This document shows positions 37,492 to 47,396 of a stretch of DNA of 64,000 nt, piece after piece. The first letter of the stretch is position 1. Every line of letters starts with the position of its first letter. The notes under the pieces are model-generated. The model made no database searches. It saw only the letters and a program-made list of their open reading frames with translations, and was not told the origin of the DNA. A program made the translations under genes and the position numbers. The stretch is from a virus (Duplodnaviria > Caudoviricetes): IMG/VR virus record IMGVR_UViG_3300012665_000817, positions 1 through 64,000 of that record, one strand, 5' to 3'.

Positions 37492-37962
37492 ATGTTTGAA
37501 GTAAAAGATGGATCTAGAACGCTTCAGTTCAACGGGCGTCTTCTGGGAGAATCCTCTTCATGGCGCCGTGGGTCTACACGCTGGATAGAGTTTAAGCTCT
37601 TCAAGACAGAGAATGGCTCTTATATCCTCTCTCGGGTTGGAGTCTCTCTTGTATTCCACGGGGCGGCATGCCCTCTTGTTAAGAGATATTACCTAAAAGA
37701 GTCTGACACAGATTGCCTAACAAAAGACTCTACCCCATGTGAAGAGTGCGATCCTTCTAGAGATCTACCTGTTATTTTCCCTGAAACAGACCGCAACTGG
37801 GCTCAGGTAAGCGAAGATCCAACTCCTGTACTAGATGCACTTTACAAATACGACCAAGGTGGTGCAAGATACCTTACTAACGTTGCTCAAAGGCTGCTTG
37901 AGAAAGCGGCTTTGAATGACGAAAAGATAGACTCCATATACAGAGTGGAGATGATCCCCTAA
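37492..37962 (+). CDS. hypothetical protein (possible Zn site: H/C...CxxC)
   Basis: LQFNGRLLGESSS...RWIEF.LFKT..G.Y.L motif; HGAAC and CEEC. Confidence 0.6.
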   Translation: MFEVKDGSRTLQFNGRLLGESSSWRRGSTRWIEFKLFKTENGSYILSRVGVSLVFHGAACPLVKRYYLKESDTDCLTKDSTPCEECDPSRDLPVIFPETDRNWAQVSEDPTPVLDALYKYDQGGARYLTNVAQRLLEKAALNDEKIDSIYRVEMIP

Positions 37963-37982
37963 AAGATTAAGGAAAAAGACAT

Positions 37983-38774
37983 ATGACAATAGTGAATCAA
38001 GATGAAAATCTTGTTGTTCCAAAGAATACTATTGCATTCTTTCCTGTAATCCCGAGCGAAGGTGTCAAACCCTTTGATTTAAAAAATATAGGTTTATTTC
38101 TAAATCCTTTAAATACAGACCATAAGCGAGGATGGTTTTCTCCCAACTTCTATAAGTGTCTACCGCTAGCAATTGGAAATATGCAGGGTTTTGTTTTCAG
38201 CATTCCATACGGATTTGATGTTATTTGGAATGGTGGAAACTCTCCAGAAGATATAACCATAACTTATCACGATGATTTTGAACCATATAGAGATTTAAAT
38301 TTTATATATCCTAACTCCGAGTTTGGCCATGGAGTTCTTACTCTTCACTACCCAGTTATACTAAAGACACCTCCCATGGTTAATTTAATGACTATATCTC
38401 CTCCTAACTATCCAATGCCGGGAATGAGCGTAATGACAGGAGTTGTAGAGTCTGACAATATTCGTTTTGGTTTTACTTTAAATCTAAAGATAGATATACC
38501 AAACACAGTTATACGGGTTCTCCCTGACTCGCCTTTAGTAGGCATTATACCTATACCAAGATACTTCTGCGACTCTTTTGAACTAAAGAGTGCTTATGAT
38601 ATCTTTGATGAACAGGTTGTAGAGGAAGAGAAAGCAGTAGTAAAAGAGCACTCAGATAAAAGGGAAAGAGATAATATGGACAAAAACGCTAAAGATGGTC
38701 TATATTACAAAGGTATGGATGTTAGAGGTAACAAGTTTAAAGACCATCAGCTTCCTAGAAGCAAAAACAGTTAA
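37983..38774 (+). CDS. DUF6065-like protein
   Basis: YKCLPL.IGN..GF, GHGVLT, PPN...M.GVVESD and FTLNLK motifs. Confidence 0.55.
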   Translation: MTIVNQDENLVVPKNTIAFFPVIPSEGVKPFDLKNIGLFLNPLNTDHKRGWFSPNFYKCLPLAIGNMQGFVFSIPYGFDVIWNGGNSPEDITITYHDDFEPYRDLNFIYPNSEFGHGVLTLHYPVILKTPPMVNLMTISPPNYPMPGMSVMTGVVESDNIRFGFTLNLKIDIPNTVIRVLPDSPLVGIIPIPRYFCDSFELKSAYDIFDEQVVEEEKAVVKEHSDKRERDNMDKNAKDGLYYKGMDVRGNKFKDHQLPRSKNS

Positions 38775-38790
38775 CGCAGGTTAGGAAACA

Positions 38791-40629
38791 ATGAGCGACA
38801 ATCAAACGACGCAAGGATTAGGTGATGTAAAACTTCACCTTGTTGATTCTGTAGAAAAAGCTGGCCAGTTTATTACTTGGCTTGGTGAAAGACGTCCTTA
38901 TGACGCAATTGCAATCGATACTGAAACTGGTGAACGCCCCGGTGGGCAGCGTAGCGATGCGCTATCTCCTTGGCATGGAGACTTGCGTCTTGTTCAAGTT
39001 GGAGATGGAATGCAAGGCTGGTCTATTCCTTGGGAAGAATGGAACGGTGTCTTCTACGAAGCAATGAGAAAGTTTGAAGGTCCTATTGTGTGTCACAATA
39101 TTGCCTTCGAAGCAAGATGGTTTGCAATTAAATCTAAATGGGAAATGCCTTGGCAGCGTGCACACGACACAATGATTATGGCTCACATTATTGATCCTCT
39201 TGGTGTTGGTGGTCTTAAGCCTCTTGCTGCTCGTTATGTAGATGGCAAGGCTGTTGCAATGCAAGAGAGTCTTGACTTAGGTCTCATTGAGAATGGTTGG
39301 ACTTGGGGAACAGTCCCAGTTAACTACGAGCCTTACTGGGTGTACGGTGCTTTAGACACAGTTCTAACAATGCGCTTATGGGAACAGTTTTATCAGCAGT
39401 GTGGCCCACAAGGTCCATATAACCGTGCCTATGAGCTTGAGATGGCAACACGCAAGATTGTTACTCGTATGGAGATTAATGGTGCTCGTGTTGATCTTGA
39501 TTACTCGAAGAAGAAGTATGAAGAGCTTTTATCTTACGCAGACTCGGTGAAGGATTGGGCAGCTAAGACTTACGGTGGAACAAGTATTACAAGTAATATC
39601 CAACTAGTACGACTTTTTGAAAAGCTTGGTGCAGAGATTACAGAAACAACCCCCTCTGGAGCAAAGTCTGCAAGTAAAGATCAATTAAAGCTTTTAACAA
39701 TTCACGGCAACGAAGAGGTTAAAAACCTTGCAGAGACTGTTCTCAAGCAACGCAAGGCAGATAAGCTAGCTAATACCTACTTCCTTAATTTTCTTAACAA
39801 GAATGTTGATGGAATATTGCACCCGTCCGTAAAGACTCTTGGTGCTCGTACTTCTCGTATGTCAATCACTGATCCTGCTCTACAGACTCTACCTAAGGGA
39901 GATGAAACAGTACGCAGAGCATTCTTACCTCGTGACCCAGACCATGTAATTATCTCTTCTGACTTAGATCAGGTTGAATTCCGTATGTTTGCTTCTCTAT
40001 CTCAGGATCCAAACCTTATCTCTCTATTTCATAAAGCAGATGCAACTGGCTCTGATCCATTTACCGAAATCGGTCGTCAAGTTTATCAAGAACCAGATAT
40101 GCAAAGAACAGATAAGCGTCGTAACCTCATCAAGGGTGTTGTCTACGGACGACTTTACGGAGCAGGTGTTGCTAAACAAGCTTTGACTGCTGGTGTTCCA
40201 GAACCCCAGATGCGTTCTGTTTCTGATTCTTTTGATGCTAACTATCCAGGAATGATGCAGTTCCAAAAGCAAATTGAAAATATTGGAATGACTCGACTTC
40301 GTCAAGAAGGTCAAGGTTATGTAAAAACTTGGACTGGTCGCCGTATCCCTTGTGATGAAGAGCGTGTCTATACTCTTGTTAACTACCTAATCCAAGGTGG
40401 AGCAGCAGAAGTATTCAAGAGCAATCTTGTAAAGTTGGATCAAGCAGATTTGACCGAACACCTTATTGTTCCAGTACACGACGAAATTGTTCTACAAGCA
40501 CCTAAAGACCAAGTTGAAGAGTTCAAAAGAACTGTTCAAGAGTGTATGACCACTACCGAAGGTTGGGCTGTTCCACTGACCTCAGGCATCGATGGTCCTA
40601 TGAATAACTGGGGGGAAAAGTACGCATGA
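38791..40629 (+). CDS. polA: family A DNA polymerase (3'-5' exonuclease + polymerase, no 5' nuclease)
   Basis: Exonuclease DTETG/HNIAFE/YGALD; polymerase motif A DLDQVEFR, motif B RNLIKGVVYGRLYG, NYLIQGGAAE, motif C VHDEIV. Confidence 0.95.
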   Translation: MSDNQTTQGLGDVKLHLVDSVEKAGQFITWLGERRPYDAIAIDTETGERPGGQRSDALSPWHGDLRLVQVGDGMQGWSIPWEEWNGVFYEAMRKFEGPIVCHNIAFEARWFAIKSKWEMPWQRAHDTMIMAHIIDPLGVGGLKPLAARYVDGKAVAMQESLDLGLIENGWTWGTVPVNYEPYWVYGALDTVLTMRLWEQFYQQCGPQGPYNRAYELEMATRKIVTRMEINGARVDLDYSKKKYEELLSYADSVKDWAAKTYGGTSITSNIQLVRLFEKLGAEITETTPSGAKSASKDQLKLLTIHGNEEVKNLAETVLKQRKADKLANTYFLNFLNKNVDGILHPSVKTLGARTSRMSITDPALQTLPKGDETVRRAFLPRDPDHVIISSDLDQVEFRMFASLSQDPNLISLFHKADATGSDPFTEIGRQVYQEPDMQRTDKRRNLIKGVVYGRLYGAGVAKQALTAGVPEPQMRSVSDSFDANYPGMMQFQKQIENIGMTRLRQEGQGYVKTWTGRRIPCDEERVYTLVNYLIQGGAAEVFKSNLVKLDQADLTEHLIVPVHDEIVLQAPKDQVEEFKRTVQECMTTTEGWAVPLTSGIDGPMNNWGEKYA

Positions 40630-41093
40630 CAAAATATGTCTTATCAGTAGATCCAGGAAAAGCCACAGGTGTTGTTTTTATGTCATGGAATGGCTCTGAT
40701 CCAGTCCCTAACGTGATACTTTCAAAAGAAGTGCAACCAGAGGATTTTGCATTAGTTATTGAAACCGTTTTAAATACTCAAAAGCAGCAAGATGACTTTA
40801 CTGTTGTGTGTGAGCGATTTACTATCAATGCCCAGACAGTCCGTAACTCTCAGGCACCCTATAGCCTTGAGCAGATAGGGGTGCTAAAGCACCTTTGCCG
40901 TACCAATATGTACGATCCTGAAAAGATCGTTTTTCAGTCTCCAGCAGATGCCAAGAATATGTTCCCTAACCCTACCCTCAAAAAGCTTGGGACTTGGCAT
41001 GTAGGAGGGGAAGGGCACGCAAATGATGCGATGCGACACGCCCTGCTAAGGCTGGTTAAAACTGGCTGGGTTCCTAGAACTCTGCTAGACTAA
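40626..41093 (+). CDS. RuvC-like Holliday junction resolvase
   Basis: VLSVDPGKATG, VVCERF and HANDAMRHAL, an RNase H-fold acidic motif set. Confidence 0.8.
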   Translation: MTKYVLSVDPGKATGVVFMSWNGSDPVPNVILSKEVQPEDFALVIETVLNTQKQQDDFTVVCERFTINAQTVRNSQAPYSLEQIGVLKHLCRTNMYDPEKIVFQSPADAKNMFPNPTLKKLGTWHVGGEGHANDAMRHALLRLVKTGWVPRTLLD

Positions 41094-41177
41094 AGATACT
41101 ATTAAGAAACTTTTAGTTTGCAATATCTTCAATAGTATGTTTTACTTGATGTAGTGACGCTAAGGAGTAGGTGGCAA

Positions 41178-42980
41178 ATGGCAGTAACAGTAGATATAAA
41201 TCCAGACAAGAACAATATCCTCATAACCGCTGACTGGCGCTTTAAAGAGCTCTGTAAAAGCCTTCCAGGGGCTTCCTGGAGCCCTAAGGAGCAGGTCTGG
41301 ACTGTTCCGCTTAGCTGGACAACTTGCCTTGCCTTACGGTCAACCTTTAAGGAAGATCTCTTTGTAGGACCTGCTCTAACCGAATGGGCAACCAACGAAC
41401 TCAATAATAGAATTGCTCCTGCCAATGCCCTTAGAGAGCTTGAGACCTATGAGGGTGATGAAGACCTTTTCCCACATCAAAGGGCTGGCGTAGCTTTCCT
41501 TAGCACCGCAAAGCGTGCTCTTCTAGCAGATGAGCCGGGCTTAGGTAAGACTGCCCAAGCCATTCGTGCTCTTAAAAGACTTCAAGATAATGGCGAAGAT
41601 GTTTTCCCTGCACTTATTGTGTGCCCTAATACCCTAAAGAAAAACTGGGCTAGAGAGTTTGAGAAGTGGTGGCCGGGAGTGAAAACTCAAGTTATTAAGG
41701 GTTCTGCTGTTCAGCGCAAGAAGCAGTTTGCCAATGAAGAAGCGCAAGTATTTATTATCAACTGGGAATCACTTCGCTCACACTCACGTCTTGCTGGTTA
41801 CGGTTCTATCGCTTTAATTAAGTGTGTTGACATGGGTGGTCAAGATCCAAGCGTTACAGAGACTCGCTGTGAGGTACATCCTCGTGAGCTTAACATGATT
41901 GATTTTAAGGCAGTGGTTGCTGACGAAATTCACCGCTCTAAAGAGCCAAAGTCCAAGCAGACTCGTGCTCTTTGGGCTGCAACTGGAGATGCCCCTATTC
42001 GCTTTGCACTTACTGGTACTCCTATTGCTAAAGATGTTGTTGATCTTTGGTCAATTCTTCACTGGCTCTCTCCTATCGATTGGCCATCAAAGACAAAGTG
42101 GATTGATCGAATGATTGACATCATGCTCAACGCATTTGGTGGAATGATGGTAATCGGTGTTAAGCCACATATGGAAGATGAATTCCACAAGAGCGTAAAT
42201 CCTGTAATGCGTCGTATGCTTAAGAAGGTAGTGCTTCCTTGGCTACCACCTGTAATGAACGAGCGTCGTGATGTGGAGATGTCAACTAAGCAGAAAAAAG
42301 CTTATGACCAGATGCGTGACACAATGATTGCTGAGTTAGAAAGTGGAGATGCAGTTACTGCTCCATCTATCTTGACTCAGACAACACGCTTGCTTCAATT
42401 TGCTAGTTCTTATGCCACTATGGAAGTTGATGAGTCAACAGGGGAAATGAAGACTGTTCTTGCTGGACCATCTTGTAAGGTGGATTCGCTTATGGATGAC
42501 ATTAAGAATGGTGACTTTGGAGATGACTCCGTTGCTGTCTGTGCAGTATCACGTCAGCTAATTGACCTTCTTAGCGCAGAACTTACAAAGGCTGGAATTA
42601 AGCACGGACTGATTACTGGTGCTCAGAATGAAGACGAGCGACAGAGAGCAGTAGATGATTTCCAAGCAGGAAATATCAAGTGGGTTCTTTTTACTGCTCA
42701 AGCGGGTGGTGTAGGTATTACATTGACTGCTGCTCGCCGTCTTGTTATGCTACAGCGACCTTGGTCACTAGTTGATCATCGTCAGGCTCTAGATCGTGTT
42801 CACCGTATTGGTAGCGAAATCCACGACTCTATCTTGATTATGGATTATGTAACAGAGGGAACTATTGAAGAAAGAGTTTTACAAGTACTAGAAACAAAGT
42901 CAGATAATTTCGAACAGATTGTTCGAGATAAAGATCAACTAATGAAGTTGCTCAAAGATGATAAGGCAGGTGTTCTATGA
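41178..42980 (+). CDS. SNF2-family (SF2) helicase with N-terminal HARP-like domain
   Basis: LLADEPGLGKT, DEIH, LTGTP, AGGVGITLT and QALDRVHRIG. Start moved to ATG 41178 (SD AAGGAG/AGGTGG). Confidence 0.92.
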   Translation: MAVTVDINPDKNNILITADWRFKELCKSLPGASWSPKEQVWTVPLSWTTCLALRSTFKEDLFVGPALTEWATNELNNRIAPANALRELETYEGDEDLFPHQRAGVAFLSTAKRALLADEPGLGKTAQAIRALKRLQDNGEDVFPALIVCPNTLKKNWAREFEKWWPGVKTQVIKGSAVQRKKQFANEEAQVFIINWESLRSHSRLAGYGSIALIKCVDMGGQDPSVTETRCEVHPRELNMIDFKAVVADEIHRSKEPKSKQTRALWAATGDAPIRFALTGTPIAKDVVDLWSILHWLSPIDWPSKTKWIDRMIDIMLNAFGGMMVIGVKPHMEDEFHKSVNPVMRRMLKKVVLPWLPPVMNERRDVEMSTKQKKAYDQMRDTMIAELESGDAVTAPSILTQTTRLLQFASSYATMEVDESTGEMKTVLAGPSCKVDSLMDDIKNGDFGDDSVAVCAVSRQLIDLLSAELTKAGIKHGLITGAQNEDERQRAVDDFQAGNIKWVLFTAQAGGVGITLTAARRLVMLQRPWSLVDHRQALDRVHRIGSEIHDSILIMDYVTEGTIEERVLQVLETKSDNFEQIVRDKDQLMKLLKDDKAGVL

Positions 42981-43903
42981 GTGGTGTAGTAAGACTATCT
43001 AACTCCGAACTACAGACATTTAAGGACTGCCGTCGTAAGTGGTGGCTTGCTTACTACCGCCGTCTACAACCAAAGTTTCGTGATAAGACTGGTGCTCTAG
43101 CTTTTGGTAGCCGTATCCACGCAGCTCTAGATGATCACTATGCAAACGGGACTCCACTATTAGAAGCGCACTCAAAGCTTGTGCAGGTAGACAAAGAGAT
43201 TCTTCTTGCAGACTTTCTAGATGTATCTAATCTTGAAGCAGAGGCAGAGATGGGTCGCATCATGTTAGAAGGTTATGAAGAGTGGGTTGCGGAAGAGGGA
43301 ATCGACGCAGAACTTGAAATGATCTCTACAGAAGAAACAATCATTGCTCCACTCTTTAACGGAGAAGTTGAATTACAGGGAAAGCTTGATATGCGTGTTC
43401 GTCGTAAAGTTGACGGCGTTCGTATGTTCCGTGACTTTAAAACTGTAGGTGGGTCTCTAGGAGACTTTGGAAACCTTGCTCATATGAACGAGCAGGTTAT
43501 GACTTACATGCTTCTCGAGGCTACAAAAGCTGACGAAGAACACCGCTCAGATGGCGGTATTTTTACTCTTCTTAAGAAAGTAAAGCGCACAGCAACTGCT
43601 CGCCCACCTTTCTATGATCAAGTAGAAGTTCATCACAATGTATTTACAATGCGTTCTTTCTGGAATAGAATCCATGGAACGATTGCTGATCTTATGAATG
43701 TTCGTAGAGCTTTAGATACTGGCTCAGATCATTCATATGTTGCATATCCGACACCAAGTCGTGATTGCAAATGGAAATGCCAATTTTTCGCTATATGCCC
43801 AATGTTCGATGACGGAAGCGCTGCCGAACAAGCACTTAGCGATTCGTATGAGGAAGCAGATCCTTATGCGTATTACGAAACCGACAAAAAAGGAAGTGAG
43901 TGA
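42977..43903 (+). CDS. PD-(D/E)xK Cas4/RecB-like exonuclease with a 4-Cys Fe-S staple
   Basis: LSNSELQTFKDC.RKW, GKLD...DFKT, and C-terminal CKWKCQFFAIC. Confidence 0.85.
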   Translation: MSGVVRLSNSELQTFKDCRRKWWLAYYRRLQPKFRDKTGALAFGSRIHAALDDHYANGTPLLEAHSKLVQVDKEILLADFLDVSNLEAEAEMGRIMLEGYEEWVAEEGIDAELEMISTEETIIAPLFNGEVELQGKLDMRVRRKVDGVRMFRDFKTVGGSLGDFGNLAHMNEQVMTYMLLEATKADEEHRSDGGIFTLLKKVKRTATARPPFYDQVEVHHNVFTMRSFWNRIHGTIADLMNVRRALDTGSDHSYVAYPTPSRDCKWKCQFFAICPMFDDGSAAEQALSDSYEEADPYAYYETDKKGSE

Positions 43904-43906
43904 CGT

Positions 43907-44695
43907 ATGAGCGATATTCAACGTTCTCTTACCGTTATGGTGTACGGAGAGAGTAAGGTTGGTAAATCCAGTCTTGCTGTTACAGCACCATATCCACGCC
44001 TAATGCTCGATGTTGAGGGTGGACACCGCTTCCTCCCAATCATCGTAAAGTACTGGGATCCTCTTCGTGAGGAGCCACCAGTGGCTGATGGAACTTGGGA
44101 TACATGCGTAGTCACAGTGCGTGACTATGACACTGTTCTCAAGACATACCAGTGGCTACAACTAGGTAAGCATCAATTCAAGAGTCTGATCATTGACTCT
44201 GTGTCTGAACTCCAAGTTAAGTGCTTGGAGAACATCGCAGGTGTTAATCAGATGACACAGCAGCAGTGGGGAGAACTTCTCCGCCACATGGGTGGACTCT
44301 TGCGTGACCTGCGTGACCTAACAATGCACGCTACAAATCCACTAGAAGCAGTAGTTCTAACTGCAATGGCTCGTCTTGATAAGGATGGTCGTTATCGTCC
44401 ATACCTACAAGGTCAGCTTGCGATTCAGGCTCCTTACTTCTACGACATTCTGGGTGCGATTACCGTTGAGGAACGTCACAACCCAGATCCAACACAACCA
44501 CCATTCAAAGTTCGTCGTATGTACGTTGAGCGCACAAACCAGCATGAAGCTGGTGAGCGTGTACAAGGACGTCTTGGCAAGGTAGTTGAGCAAGAAAACC
44601 TCTCTATCGAAAGAATGTTAGACATTGTTTTCGGACAGAGACAAGCAGCAGCAGCGGCCGCAGCAGCTGAAACAACAACACAGAAAGAAGGATAA
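43907..44695 (+). CDS. AAA_24 / Sak4-like recombination ATPase
   Basis: YGESKVGKSS Walker A, LDVEGG, IIDSVSE, QQQWG. Confidence 0.8.
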   Translation: MSDIQRSLTVMVYGESKVGKSSLAVTAPYPRLMLDVEGGHRFLPIIVKYWDPLREEPPVADGTWDTCVVTVRDYDTVLKTYQWLQLGKHQFKSLIIDSVSELQVKCLENIAGVNQMTQQQWGELLRHMGGLLRDLRDLTMHATNPLEAVVLTAMARLDKDGRYRPYLQGQLAIQAPYFYDILGAITVEERHNPDPTQPPFKVRRMYVERTNQHEAGERVQGRLGKVVEQENLSIERMLDIVFGQRQAAAAAAAAETTTQKEG

Positions 44696-44698
44696 TAA

Positions 44699-45262
44699 GT
44701 GAGCAGTAAAAACTGGTCTGACTTAATTAAGGATGCTGGTGAAACTGGCAGTTACGAACCGCTACCTGACGGTGATTTTGATCTATTGGTAGTAGAAGCA
44801 ACTGCAACAACATCGCAGTCTGGTAAGACAATGTTCAAGCTAAAGGCACAGGTTGAAGGTGGACCTTACAACAAGCGTCTTGTCTGGGATAACTTGGTTG
44901 TAACACCAGAAAGTCCTGCAGCACTTGGTATGTTGTTTAAGAAGTTCCATGCAATGGGTATTGGTCGTAGCTACTTCGACACAAACCCAACTAACGCTCA
45001 GATTGAGGCAACTCTTACTGGTCGTAGATTCCGTGCACAGATTGGCAGCCGTATGTATAACGGAGCCAAGAAGAACGAGATCCGTAACTACTTCCCAAGC
45101 GCAGCAACCATTGCAGCAATGCAAGGTGACACTGCAGCTCCTGCTCAAGCAGCAGCACCAGCTCCAGCGTCTCCACCTCCAGCAGCAGCACCAGCTCCTG
45201 CTCCAGCACCAGTAGCAGCAGCACCAGCTCCTGCTCCAGCAGCACCGTCTGCACCGTTCTAA
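44699..45262 (+). CDS. DUF669-like ssDNA-binding protein
   Basis: YEPLPDGDF..VVEA, T.SQSGK.MFK, GPY.KR.VWDN, and a Pro/Ala tail ending in APF. GTG start. Confidence 0.8.
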   Translation: MSSKNWSDLIKDAGETGSYEPLPDGDFDLLVVEATATTSQSGKTMFKLKAQVEGGPYNKRLVWDNLVVTPESPAALGMLFKKFHAMGIGRSYFDTNPTNAQIEATLTGRRFRAQIGSRMYNGAKKNEIRNYFPSAATIAAMQGDTAAPAQAAAPAPASPPPAAAPAPAPAPVAAAPAPAPAAPSAPF

Positions 45263-45274
45263 TAAAGTTCGTTG

Positions 45275-45302
45275 GGGGGCTGCTCAAGACAGGGCAGCCT
45301 CC
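45275..45302 (+). terminator. GC-rich hairpin (terminator-like, no U tract)
   Basis: GGGGGCTGCTC-AAGACA-GGGCAGCCTCC, an 11-bp stem with two G-U pairs right after the SSB stop. Confidence 0.6.
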
Positions 45303-45323
45303 TAATAACTAACAAGGAGAAAA

Positions 45324-46352
45324 ATGAAAGTATTAGTTACAGGATTTACAGCATCTCAGTGCTCTGAGAATGCTAATAATCGTCTGTCTACTTTTACTGG
45401 ATTGTTTAAGAATGCTTTAGATGAACTTCAGTGCGATGTAACTTGGGAAAAACCACAGCTCTACATGAGCAAAGAATATTTAGATCAATATGACTTAATC
45501 ATAGTCGGGCTTGCTTCTCCACACAGCGTTTCAGCTAACTATGTGTACGCTGGCCTTTGGGTAGCTAGTCAAGCAAAAGATCTAGGGAAGCTAAGACTAC
45601 TAATCGATGCACCAGACCCATATTGGATCTGGTCTGGAATTAGAGACTGTAACGACAACCCACAAAAACTTTTTAAATCTTTTTATGATAGAAGACACAA
45701 CTATTTTGAGGCTCAAGACAGTAAGTACGCCGAACCTATCTATCGATTTATCCAACACCTTTATAACGAGCAGTGGGGTAAAACTATTGTCCCAAGCATG
45801 CCGTGGTTCTCTAGAGAGGTTGTATCTAACTCTATTAAGAATCTACAGACTGAAGATGTTGTAGGTATTTGTTATGACAGAGAGCTTATTGACGCTTCTA
45901 TAGATCGTATAGATCCCTCATATGGCACATACTGGTGTGCTGATGCTCCTAAAAGCGATTGGACTAAGAAGGTAGTAAAAACTTTAGCTTCAGAAGTAGT
46001 GCCAGTACGAGTTCACAAGTATGATAAGAATAGCGAGATTCTAAGTCGCATAGAGAACTCTATGGGAACTTTGATTAGTACATATAAAAATAACGACCCT
46101 TGGTGGTCTATAGCGATATCTCAATCGATTGCGGTTGGAGTTCCTGTAGTTACTGATTGGCGTCATACATCTTGGGTAGGAGCAGAATGGGCGTTTTTAC
46201 CTTCAACAGTGGAAGAGATGAGCCCGAGTCAGCGGCTTATCATGGCACAAAGTCAGAAAGATTTTTACAGAGATGCCACTCCCTCACGGGAGGAATCTTT
46301 GCAAAAAACAGCAGAGGCACTGGACAACCAGAGCTTGCTGTCAGTAATCTAG
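45324..46352 (+). CDS. putative GT-B fold (T4 beta-glucosyltransferase-like) DNA-modifying glycosyltransferase
   Basis: MKVLVTG...LDQYDLIIVG.ASP N-terminal Rossmann-like pattern, LIDAPDP, C-terminal SQSIAVGVPVVTDW. Location in the replication module. Assignment from recalled family resemblance only. Confidence 0.45.
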   Translation: MKVLVTGFTASQCSENANNRLSTFTGLFKNALDELQCDVTWEKPQLYMSKEYLDQYDLIIVGLASPHSVSANYVYAGLWVASQAKDLGKLRLLIDAPDPYWIWSGIRDCNDNPQKLFKSFYDRRHNYFEAQDSKYAEPIYRFIQHLYNEQWGKTIVPSMPWFSREVVSNSIKNLQTEDVVGICYDRELIDASIDRIDPSYGTYWCADAPKSDWTKKVVKTLASEVVPVRVHKYDKNSEILSRIENSMGTLISTYKNNDPWWSIAISQSIAVGVPVVTDWRHTSWVGAEWAFLPSTVEEMSPSQRLIMAQSQKDFYRDATPSREESLQKTAEALDNQSLLSVI

Positions 46353-46378
46353 GCACATCTGTCAGAAAGGACATTAAG

Positions 46379-46819
46379 ATGCCAGAAGTAGATATGAACT
46401 GGGTTAAACAACAACTCACAGATAACAAAACTAAGAGGGTGGTTGGTGATTCTGTCATCAAACTTCTCAACGCTTGGACTGAGATTAAAAATACAGACCC
46501 AGATCCAGATAAGGATCAAGCAAACCTAAGTCAAGTTATCGAGCTATTCAGCAAGATTGCCCTTGGTCATGCCATTGTAAAAGAAAATAAAAACGAAAAC
46601 TGGGTACCAGCACAGTCTGGTCAATTAGTTATTGCCGATGAAGTTCGTGTTAAGTGGAATGCCTTTGATGGTGATAAGGGTAAGATCCACAATGGTCGTC
46701 GTGGAAAGATTGTAAGTATTAGATACGGCGACATTATTGTAAAAACAACAGACGGTAAGGAGCCTCTACTAGATGGGTTCCACTACACTCCACAACAACT
46801 AGAGAAAAGAGTTCCATAA
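46379..46819 (+). CDS. hypothetical protein with C-terminal SH3/KOW-like domain
   Basis: Likely start ATG 46379 (SD AAAGGA) rather than 46157; DEVRVK...NGRRGKIVSIRYGDIIVK. Confidence 0.6.
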   Translation: MPEVDMNWVKQQLTDNKTKRVVGDSVIKLLNAWTEIKNTDPDPDKDQANLSQVIELFSKIALGHAIVKENKNENWVPAQSGQLVIADEVRVKWNAFDGDKGKIHNGRRGKIVSIRYGDIIVKTTDGKEPLLDGFHYTPQQLEKRVP

Positions 46820-47040
46820 TGAAAACTGTCCATGTAAAGTCTTTAGTGAGCTCTACAACCTACAAGGGTCTTATAGCTGAAGCTGAAAAAAAGCTTTGTA
46901 ATTTTTTTGAAATTGAGTTAGAAGAACTTAAAAATAAAGTAAACTATGAAATAACAGTGTACGAAAGCTCTAATGATGGCGTTACTCTTCCAATTTTTAC
47001 TGGAGAAGTTTCCGCAAGATTGAGAAACTCACATGACTAA
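46819..47040 (+). CDS. hypothetical protein
   Basis: 73 aa, TAATG-coupled to the upstream gene. Confidence 0.55.
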   Translation: MKTVHVKSLVSSTTYKGLIAEAEKKLCNFFEIELEELKNKVNYEITVYESSNDGVTLPIFTGEVSARLRNSHD

Positions 47041-47353
47041 TGAAAATGAATACCTCAAACAAGTAACAGATACTCCTCATCGGGTTGAAGCTCTTAGAGA
47101 AGCAGCTAGGATCACTACACAGGATAGAAATGCTAATTATGGCGGTCCAGAAGAGAATTTTACACGGACAGCTAGGATTTGGTCTGTAATTCTTGGACAC
47201 GAGATTACCAATGAGCAGGTAGCGATGATGATGGTTGGACTTAAGATGGCACGATTTGCTCATGGCTCTGGGTTTCAACCAGATACATGGATTGATATTG
47301 CTGGCTATGCTGGCTGCGGCTACGAAGTCGGGAAGATTGCATCGGAGCAGTAA
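47033..47353 (+). CDS. DUF6378-like protein
   Basis: L.EAA.IT..DRN..YG.PE.NF.R.A.IW...VA.MM..LK.AR....D.W.DIAGYA motif. Confidence 0.8.
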   Translation: MTNENEYLKQVTDTPHRVEALREAARITTQDRNANYGGPEENFTRTARIWSVILGHEITNEQVAMMMVGLKMARFAHGSGFQPDTWIDIAGYAGCGYEVGKIASEQ

Positions 47354-47396
47354 GAGTAGACTAGAGCCATATAAAACTACTTGAAGGTAGGAGAAG

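Noticed and set aside
41093-41141. Imperfect inverted repeat ATACTATT...AATAGTAT between resolvase and helicase
   Set aside because: It is AT-rich, weakly paired and has no U tract or valid -35/-10 spacing. It could easily be chance.
42977-43903. Cas4-like nuclease as evidence of a CRISPR-Cas system
   Set aside because: No repeat-spacer array or other cas genes are present. It sits in the standard phage exonuclease / Sak4 / SSB recombination trio.
46157-46378. ORF-track N-terminal extension of the 220-aa protein
   Set aside because: It overlaps the upstream gene by about 200 nt, whereas ATG 46379 has a good SD.
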